Shown one piece after another: positions 1-6,545 of a stretch of DNA of 19,943 nt. Source of the stretch: an uncultured Candidatus Poseidoniales archaeon (GTDB lineage: Archaea; Thermoplasmatota; Poseidoniia; Poseidoniales; Thalassarchaeaceae); the NCBI GenBank assembly GCA_964645485.1, contig CAZXZO010000002.1, positions 2,915 to 22,857 on the forward strand. Reading direction: 5' to 3'. Position 1 is the stretch's first letter, and each line of letters begins with the position of its first letter. The notes under the pieces are model-generated. The model was not told the DNA's origin and did no database searches. It was given only the letters and a program-made list of their open reading frames with translations. The position numbers were made by a program, and so were the translations under genes.

Positions 1-2006
1 AATAATTCGAAGCGTTTCAAAACTGCTCGATATTCCTTCACAACACCATTGGTAGAAATCGTCATTCCCGGCTCTAAATCATCAAGATTTGGTGTTTTGT
101 CAGAGGCAATAACTGAGACAGCAATATCAGTTCCTTCAATAACCCCTTCAAGGGTTTTCCCGTTTTTGTATTCATCTGTAAGGCCAATACCCATTGTTCT
201 ACTTACTCGATTAATTACGACTGACACAGGCCATTCCCCTATCATATCTTGAGATACAATTTTTGTTCGTTCGGTTGAAGTGAGTGCATCCCTAACTTGC
301 TGTGCTAAGAGAACAAATTCGCTTCCTCGGTCATCACTCATTGGTTCAATTACAGGTTGCGGAGTTTCCTCAACAAGCGCATCTTCAACAACACCTTCAG
401 GTTCAGAGATTTCTTCAGATGTTCCCATTTCTTCAACATCATCATCAAATTCAGGCTGACCAATATCCATTCCTTCAACAAGGTCTAGAACTTGGTTTTG
501 AATTTCATCAAGATCAACTTCTCCATCTTCCATGATGACTTCTGCTCTTTCAGATACGCCAGCAACTGCAGCCAAGCCAGCCGCGGCTCCGACAGCCCCT
601 GCCGCTACTCCAACTCCTGCGGCAACCTTAGCGGCATCAGGGATTTTACTTCGTGCCTTTTCTTCAACAGCATCCATCTTAGATGCAAACCCAGCACGAA
701 TCTTATTTTGTATAGGTGCAGGCAAATTTTTGATTTGCCCTTCCATTTCCTCTTCGGCTAACATTCTAAGATTCGAAATCTCACCATCAAAATTAGGATC
801 TATTGAAAGTTCCTCTACCGCTTCAGCAAGGGCTACAATTTCTTGCTCTTTTAATTCTTCAATGCCGCTCGCTTCATCAGCGAATTTTTGTAAAGTGTCA
901 GCAGCTTCTTCTTTGAGTGAGCGATGGACGTGACTAATCACAAAATCCTTAGTGGCGAGTAATTGGTAACCATTGTTAGCAAGGAAAGCCACCTTGTAAT
1001 TCCCTGCTTGTAAATTATGGGGGATGGTGATTTGTCCCTCTCTAAAACCATGGCCAGAAATTTTTTCTCCATTTACATACAACCAATTTCCATGATGATG
1101 CCCCCCATCTATTGGGTGTTCTGATTGATAAATCCCAATCCAATCGGTTGGGTTTCCAGGCCCATTCTTGAAGGCAACTTCAATATTTTCCTGGGGACCG
1201 AAATGTTCCTGACTGAGGGAAAGTGAAGGACCATCACCATCAAACGACTCAGCCGCCATGAGTTCTTTCAGGGCCCCCTGTGTTATAGGACCTACTATTC
1301 CATCTGCAGCCAACCCGTTTTCGGTCTGGAAATTCTTCACAGAGTTTCGAGTTTGAACACCAAATGACCCATCAACAATAATTGAATCACCTGCCTTATT
1401 GAGCAATTCTTGTAGTTCACGAACATCATCACCATCGGCTCCTAGTGCAAGACTCCTTTGGGCAACATCCAAGCCTTCAATCACTTGATTTCCAGCATTT
1501 TTAATCCGGCTAATCCCATCAATTAGGATACCAAATAATGGCATCAATCCCATAGGGACCAACATAAAAATCCACAAGAAAATAAAACCCCAACCATGTT
1601 CAAATGGCATTATTCCCCAAGTATGAGGGAGACTCCATAACCAAAGCACTGCCCAAATTATCGAACCCCATAGTCCTGCAGTAAGGACTGTTCCAAGCCC
1701 ATCTCTTTCAGGAAGAGTCATCTGAGTAAATACTGTCTTTTGACCCAATGATACTCCGCCGATTATTCCTGGCGACAGAACGCAGCCAAGAATGAAAGTA
1801 TGCAGTAGAAGCCACCACTCCGCTCCACCGCAAAATCGGGGTCCATTCCAAAAACCACAACTTATAGACTCTTGAAAGAACCAATCTGCCTGCAACACTT
1901 TGAAGACAACGAAATATCCCATTAAGGAACCAATAATTGCTTGAGATTCTTTGGGATAATTTCTAAAAAAATCACCATCCATTGGCTCATTTTCATAACC
2001 TCCCAT
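1..2006 (-). CDS. Multi-domain membrane protein with peptidoglycan-binding (PG_binding_1-like) domain; 3' end runs off the window (absent from ORF track)
   Basis: Manually translated: ATG at 2006 (in-frame TGA just upstream), no in-frame stop down to base 1 (668 full codons; MGGYENEPMDGDFF...EYRAVLKRFEL). Four N-terminal hydrophobic helices, PGBD (aa 184-246), beta-sandwich domain (aa 260-357), helical region, Ala/Gly-rich helix (aa 461-484), acidic linker, C-terminal beta-rich domain. Confidence 0.9.
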   Translation of the reverse strand, partial: MGGYENEPMDGDFFRNYPKESQAIIGSLMGYFVVFKVLQADWFFQESISCGFWNGPRFCGGAEWWLLLHTFILGCVLSPGIIGGVSLGQKTVFTQMTLPERDGLGTVLTAGLWGSIIWAVLWLWSLPHTWGIMPFEHGWGFIFLWIFMLVPMGLMPLFGILIDGISRIKNAGNQVIEGLDVAQRSLALGADGDDVRELQELLNKAGDSIIVDGSFGVQTRNSVKNFQTENGLAADGIVGPITQGALKELMAAESFDGDGPSLSLSQEHFGPQENIEVAFKNGPGNPTDWIGIYQSEHPIDGGHHHGNWLYVNGEKISGHGFREGQITIPHNLQAGNYKVAFLANNGYQLLATKDFVISHVHRSLKEEAADTLQKFADEASGIEELKEQEIVALAEAVEELSIDPNFDGEISNLRMLAEEEMEGQIKNLPAPIQNKIRAGFASKMDAVEEKARSKIPDAAKVAAGVGVAAGAVGAAAGLAAVAGVSERAEVIMEDGEVDLDEIQNQVLDLVEGMDIGQPEFDDDVEEMGTSEEISEPEGVVEDALVEETPQPVIEPMSDDRGSEFVLLAQQVRDALTSTERTKIVSQDMIGEWPVSVVINRVSRTMGIGLTDEYKNGKTLEGVIEGTDIAVSVIASDKTPNLDDLEPGMTISTNGVVKEYRAVLKRFEL
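1269..1457 (-). other. Peptidoglycan-binding domain (PG_binding_1/PGBD-like) within the 1..2006 CDS
   Basis: RSLALGADGDDVRELQELLNKAGDSIIVDGSFGVQTRNSVKNFQTENGLAADGIVGPITQGAL follows the family pattern L-x-x-G-x-x-G-x-DV-x-x-LQ-x-x-L...DG-x-FG-x-x-T-x-x-x-V-x-x-FQ-x-x-x-GL-x-x-DGIVG-x-x-T-x-x-x-L. Confidence 0.9.
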
Positions 2007-2030
2007 GGTAACTCTTCATAGTTGTCGGTT

Positions 2031-2056
2031 GTATATCTTTCCTTATTTATTTTATA
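2031..2056 (-). promoter_or_regulatory. Candidate archaeal TATA/BRE region for the PGBD gene
   Basis: Minus strand reads GTTATAAAATAAATAAGGAAAGATATAC. It holds two TATA-like candidates, TTATAAAA (~2049-2056) and a purine run plus ATATAC (2031-2040, 25-34 nt upstream of the ATG at 2006). I cannot tell which is used. Confidence 0.35.
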
Positions 2057-2098
2057 ACAATAATTGTCTTTGGTAAAGCCGGTGAGGATTGAGGCGTC

Positions 2099-3544
2099 TC
2101 AAAGAGCAAAGTCTGAGAAGTCATCGTCATCGGTAATATCTGGTCCACTTCTAGTTCGTGGCTCAGGCTTGGATTCAGGTTCGGGTTCTTTCTTGACAGC
2201 CTTTGTCTTGCGAACTTTACGTGTTTGTGGTTGTGATTTGGCAGCATCTGTTTTTTTTGCCGGAGTTGGCGAAGTAGGTTTATCTGGTAATCCTTTAGGA
2301 ACCTCTATTTTCCCTCCCATTCTTGCCATCTGTCGTTGCTTTATTGTGTCCTGCAACTCACGCAAAGAATCTGCCTCATCCATTTGTGCTTGCATTTCAA
2401 ATGATTCTGTAGTTTCTATAACACCAGCACTAGTAGATGAGCGCACTGAATGTGCGCTCGGCCGATTTGCTTCACTCATTACACTATCAATATCAAAGTC
2501 ATCGAGTTCAATACTTGGTTTTTCACTCAACTTTTCAGCCTGTACAACCTGTGCCTTTGCGGCCTTGATTTTCTTCTTTTCACCAGTTTCAGATTTTACT
2601 CTATGCATATCATGTTTGACTTCTTTCTTTACTGTCTTCGCTGCTAGCATCTGCGCCTCAGTCATTAATTCTCGAGCACTTAATTTCGCACCCCGCCGAA
2701 TTAAACCACTAGATAAGAAAAAGAGTACGGCAGCGCCAGCAATAGACCCGAGGAGAATAATAGAGTATAACCAAGTGCCAAAGATTGGAACTGAGTAGGC
2801 ATTGTAAGAATTCTCTTCATCAATCAAACCATGCTCACTAAGTGTCATTGATGTCACAAGCATTGAGCCCCTGAAACCGTCAATATTTGCACCAGCATAA
2901 ATACGGCATTGTCCATCATCGGAAACATGTACCTCATTATCGCCCATATATTGTCCATCAACTAACCAACCCTCAAGTGCTATTTTTTGATGCCAATCTA
3001 ATCCCGCAAAACCATCTAGAATATTCTCATTGGCTGGAATCAAGCCTACAATTGCCCACCCATCGTGCGGGAATTTACTCGCAGATGTAAAGCCTGGAGG
3101 TGTGGCTCTTACACTCAAAAATGGAGTATGCCAGTCCTTAACTCCCTCAACTTTCCCTTGCATTGGAGGGATTACCTCATCATATTTACCAAATTGAACA
3201 ATTATTGCAGATGTGCTCACCATTTCGCCTTTTGAAGTCGAAGAAGTGCCATCTGGAAAGTGCTTGGATAGATGTAACCAACCTTCAATTCTGATTGGTT
3301 TGTCAGTAGATGCTGCGGCTACTGAAAAATTTCCTTCATCATCACATCCTAGCAGAGTAGCAACATCATCCGAGAGGTCATGGTCGCCCGTGTAGGACGA
3401 CATCGTTGCAGTACCTGCTGATTCATCAATAGTGACTTCGATGCCATCTGCACCCCACTTTTGCATCTCTGGTGAAACACAACCGGAAAGCACTATACTT
3501 GCCATTAAGAGAATTGCAAGACTAACCTGCGCCCCTCTTGCCAT
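2099..3544 (-). CDS. Hypothetical lipoprotein with C-terminal TM helix and charged low-complexity cytoplasmic tail
   Basis: 481 aa ORF; signal peptide with lipobox IVLSGC (C22); TM helix at ~aa 253-281 followed by RRGAK; Lys/Glu/Pro-rich tail ending DDDDFSDFAL. No family recognised. Confidence 0.8.
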   Translation of the reverse strand: MARGAQVSLAILLMASIVLSGCVSPEMQKWGADGIEVTIDESAGTATMSSYTGDHDLSDDVATLLGCDDEGNFSVAAASTDKPIRIEGWLHLSKHFPDGTSSTSKGEMVSTSAIIVQFGKYDEVIPPMQGKVEGVKDWHTPFLSVRATPPGFTSASKFPHDGWAIVGLIPANENILDGFAGLDWHQKIALEGWLVDGQYMGDNEVHVSDDGQCRIYAGANIDGFRGSMLVTSMTLSEHGLIDEENSYNAYSVPIFGTWLYSIILLGSIAGAAVLFFLSSGLIRRGAKLSARELMTEAQMLAAKTVKKEVKHDMHRVKSETGEKKKIKAAKAQVVQAEKLSEKPSIELDDFDIDSVMSEANRPSAHSVRSSTSAGVIETTESFEMQAQMDEADSLRELQDTIKQRQMARMGGKIEVPKGLPDKPTSPTPAKKTDAAKSQPQTRKVRKTKAVKKEPEPESKPEPRTRSGPDITDDDDFSDFAL

Positions 3545-3613
3545 GAGTTGGCGAGGAGTGGCGTAGTTGAATACGCTTTGCCGTGTAATTAATGGTCATC
3601 GGTGTCATTGAGG

Positions 3614-4789
3614 TCATTGGCCTACTAAAATTCTAATATCCTCAAGGAATTCATCGGTACTCCAATCAGAACCAACCCAAGCAACTCGCTTTTGCCCATT
3701 CTTGTCTACGATATATGTGACAGTGCTATGTCCTACATCATACACTTCTTCTGCATCCTCAGAATCTTCACCACTCTCATGACCATCATGTGTGCCTTGC
3801 CCGTCTCCAGATACACAAGTTAGGTGGTCAGCACCATCCCATTGGTAGCCATCATCACACATACAATGAGCACCATCTCCCTCACCCATTACCCATCCAT
3901 GTCCACCGCATATTGCTGATGCTGGTGTTGGAAGATTTGAGAGGTTTGCATTACTCGCTACCCAAGCAATGTGTGGGTGGTGTGCGGAAATATCTACTCC
4001 ATCAATTCCTACTTGACTTTCTTCCCATGAAGAGTTTGAACCGTTCCAAAGGTAAAGACTCCAATACCATGAGTAGTCAGAAGGAGATTCAATTCCTGAA
4101 ATATTTTCCATGTAATGCCCATATTGTGAATCAGGTGCTACGAAACTGATGTTGTTGATGTTGAAAGCGCTTGTAGTTAGATTGTAACCAGTTGCATTCT
4201 CTGGTAGATGTGTTTGGTTTACTTCATATTCAGCGGTGCTATTATCTGGCATCATGGTAATTACAGAATGCATGATTTCCTCTTCATCCATACCATCGTC
4301 ACTTCCATCCATCTCCCCGTTGATATGCATATCAATCATTGAAGAGTTGACAGCAACCCCCCAACTATTCCACATACTCTTCAGTAATTCAAAATCTGTG
4401 GAAGTAAGGTGGGGCCAATCGTAGCCATATTCCTCGACATATTGTGCTAGAACTTCAGGTGTATCTCTAATTGGGTCGATAGTGATAGACAGATAAACCA
4501 CATCTTCACCATATGAATCTCCTAATTCTCCTGCCATATAATTCATGTTTGCTTCAATAATTGGGCAAACATCAGTGCAGGATGTGTAAGTGAAAGCTAC
4601 AACAACGACCTTCCCATCATAATCGGAAAGAGACACATCATTTCCATCTTGGTCTGTTAAGGTGAAATCCGGAGCATCAACGGGTGGATTGTATTGGTGA
4701 CCATTGAATGTAACAGCCTCTTCATTTCCACCTAAGCATCCAGAGAGCAACAGCGCCCCTGCTAACAAAACAACGACAACTCTACGCAT
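3614..4789 (-). CDS. sco: SCO1/SenC family copper chaperone lipoprotein with large internal insertion
   Basis: Lipobox LLLSGC; APDFTLTDQDG, FTYTSCTDVCP (CxxxC, C71/C75), SITIDPIRDTPEVL and YDVGHSTVTYIVDKNG (His354) are SCO hallmarks; located next to the oxidase operon. Confidence 0.92.
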   Translation of the reverse strand: MRRVVVVLLAGALLLSGCLGGNEEAVTFNGHQYNPPVDAPDFTLTDQDGNDVSLSDYDGKVVVVAFTYTSCTDVCPIIEANMNYMAGELGDSYGEDVVYLSITIDPIRDTPEVLAQYVEEYGYDWPHLTSTDFELLKSMWNSWGVAVNSSMIDMHINGEMDGSDDGMDEEEIMHSVITMMPDNSTAEYEVNQTHLPENATGYNLTTSAFNINNISFVAPDSQYGHYMENISGIESPSDYSWYWSLYLWNGSNSSWEESQVGIDGVDISAHHPHIAWVASNANLSNLPTPASAICGGHGWVMGEGDGAHCMCDDGYQWDGADHLTCVSGDGQGTHDGHESGEDSEDAEEVYDVGHSTVTYIVDKNGQKRVAWVGSDWSTDEFLEDIRILVGQ

Positions 4790-4858
4790 GTTTTTGCGCA
4801 GGTTAATTTTGGTTTTAATTTATTCCAGCAGAGGTATCCACCCTATTCGTCAATTCAT

Positions 4859-4873
4859 ATTGATTCAATCAAT
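4859..4873. repeat. Perfect inverted repeat ATTGATT-C-AATCAAT in the sco / tRNA divergent intergenic region
   Basis: 7-bp arms with a 1-nt spacer, read directly from the sequence; function not established. Confidence 0.55.
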
Positions 4874-4923
4874 GCTTGTTGCCCTTTGGGTTCAAGAATG
4901 AGAAGCGAGTCGGCCGCTTCACT

Positions 4924-5006
4924 GCGGACGTCGCATAGCCTGGTATCGCGCCGGATTTGAAATCCGGTGACCTCGTGTCGCGGGAGTTCAAATCTCTCCG
5001 TCCGCG
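4924..5006 (+). tRNA. tRNA-Ser (anticodon UGA), intronless, CCA not encoded
   Basis: Acceptor GCGGACG/CGTCCGC plus discriminator G; D-loop AGCCTGGTA; anticodon arm CCGGA-TTTGAAA-TCCGG; long variable arm (GAC-CTCGT-GTC); T arm GGGAG-TTCAAAT-CTCTC. Confidence 0.96.
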
Positions 5007-5114
5007 TCATTAACAAAACGACATACTGCTGTCAATAGCAGAGCCACTCAATTTTGCCCATCAATTAACAAGTTCAACTAGGGCGTATCAGCAAAGATGC
5101 TATTGAAAGCAATT

Positions 5115-5444
5115 CTACCAGAATCTACACCATGCTGGTAAAGAATCAGGTGAAGCAGGGCTAGTTAAAGCGATGACAGCGATCATAATACCAATGAAAA
5201 AGACAGGGAACAAAGCAGTCATTGTCAAAATGTTGCTATCTTCTTCCATCCTAAGGTGCATGAATATGAAAGCGATTCCAAGAAATTTAACCACTCCAAT
5301 TGATACGAGGACAAAAATAATCATGCCCTCAGAAATCTGTTCTTGTACTGCTGCAGCAACCGCTCCAACTTCAATTAAAGTTAGAATCATCAGCATAGCG
5401 AAGTTCATGTTGTAAGCGTCTTTTCCAAAAATTGTATGACTCAT
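5115..5444 (-). CDS. coxD: Cytochrome c oxidase subunit IV (prokaryotic COX4/CtaF-like)
   Basis: 109 aa, three hydrophobic helices, VKFLGIAFIFMHL motif typical of prokaryotic subunit IV; last gene of the operon; SD AAGGAGG upstream. Confidence 0.8.
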   Translation of the reverse strand: MSHTIFGKDAYNMNFAMLMILTLIEVGAVAAAVQEQISEGMIIFVLVSIGVVKFLGIAFIFMHLRMEEDSNILTMTALFPVFFIGIMIAVIALTSPASPDSLPAWCRFW

Positions 5445-5456
5445 ATTCTCTCCTCC

Positions 5457-6545
5457 TTAATACAGGTAAAATGCTGGGAAAACCAACACCCAAACCAAAT
5501 CTACAAAGTGCCAATAAAGACCGAAGTACTCAATCGATACTGCGTTAGTTGGTGAGTACCCTCCCTTGTGAGCCTTGAAGGTCATATAACACAGGCCAAC
5601 AATGCCTCCGAATACGTGAGCACCGTGAGTTCCAGTAGCGACATAGAAGGTACTTGCAGAGAGACGTAAATTGGCTGTAAGGTGTTCTTCACCGTGGCCT
5701 GAACCAGCAAATGGGTAGGCCGTATTGTGAATTGTGTATCCATCTTCCAACAGACTTGGTGCATGGAATGGTCCGATATTGAATCCAATGAACCACTCAA
5801 CCATCTTCAAGATTAGGAACAGAGTTGCAAGTGCAAGAGTTGCTCCTAGATAGTTGCGTATTTTCCGGCTTCGCTCTTCGTCATCCAAATCGGTTCGCTT
5901 TGCAGTCTGTAGAGCCATTACCACTGTGAAGGAGGAAATAATTAGAGCGAATGTGTTGATTGCACCTGGAACCAGAGTGTCTGGAAGTCCAAATCCACCA
6001 AATGATAGGGTCCACGATTCTGAGTGGCTTCCAGCGATAAAGTAAGATGCTGGAATCCAGCAAGCATCACCCGGTGTGAATGGTACACCGTTAGAGTATG
6101 TGGAATGGTTGTCAAGAATTGTTTGGCATGATTCTGTACTAAGTCTATAACGAATATAGGTTGAGAATAAGGATGAGAAGACCATCATCTCAGACATTAG
6201 GAATACCCAAATACCAACCTTACGGATGTCGATATTCTTGAATGGAACTCCTGCGGATTTTGGTTCGTAGGTACCATCAAAGGAAAGATCTTGGCGCCAC
6301 CAGATTAGGAATCCTGCCATGATTATTGCAAATCCAACAAGAGTTACCGGTAGGCCACCGGGATTGTAGATGGTATTGTCCATTGTTTCATTCATTGCGA
6401 ATGTGCCCGCAAATCCGAATAGGAATACTCCTACTCCAAGTGATACAATGATTGGTGCCCAACTGTTGTGTGGCGCTCCGTGTGCCCAGTCATGTGGACC
6501 CCATGCGCTTCCATGATGTTCGTCGTGCTCTCCGTCGTAACTCAT
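5457..6545 (-). CDS. coxC: Heme-copper oxidase subunit III (7-TM form)
   Basis: GIWVFLMSEMMVFSSLF, INTFALIISSFT, FYVATGTHGAHV and YWHFVDLVW motifs; His-rich N-terminus with SWAP; ATGA overlap with the subunit I stop; SD GAGGTG. Confidence 0.95.
   Translation of the reverse strand: MSYDGEHDEHHGSAWGPHDWAHGAPHNSWAPIIVSLGVGVFLFGFAGTFAMNETMDNTIYNPGGLPVTLVGFAIIMAGFLIWWRQDLSFDGTYEPKSAGVPFKNIDIRKVGIWVFLMSEMMVFSSLFSTYIRYRLSTESCQTILDNHSTYSNGVPFTPGDACWIPASYFIAGSHSESWTLSFGGFGLPDTLVPGAINTFALIISSFTVVMALQTAKRTDLDDEERSRKIRNYLGATLALATLFLILKMVEWFIGFNIGPFHAPSLLEDGYTIHNTAYPFAGSGHGEEHLTANLRLSASTFYVATGTHGAHVFGGIVGLCYMTFKAHKGGYSPTNAVSIEYFGLYWHFVDLVWVLVFPAFYLY

Noticed and set aside
49-933. Plus-strand ORFs 49..252, 302..535, 492..761, 532..933
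   Set aside because: Antisense shadows of the long minus-strand PGBD gene (2006->1); their Ser/Ala or His/Gln bias mirrors its acidic and Ala/Gly codons.
2047-3395. ORFs 2047..2247, 2064..2798, 2450..2647, 2887..3090, 3213..3395
   Set aside because: They overlap the 481 aa lipoprotein gene antisense or out of frame and show no recognisable motifs.
4860-4872. Canonical FNR box
   Set aside because: The spacer is 3 nt rather than 4 and no FNR-like gene is visible; kept only as an unassigned palindrome.
5026-5041. Small hairpin CTGCTG-TCAA-TAGCAG downstream of the tRNA
   Set aside because: Weak 6-bp stem with no clear U-tract on either strand; too little to call a terminator.
4924-5114. tRNA-Ser as an integration site for an island
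   Set aside because: No integrase and no duplicated tRNA 3' end seen in the window; the only match noticed is a 9-mer (ctctccgtc, ~6528) inside coxC, expected by chance.
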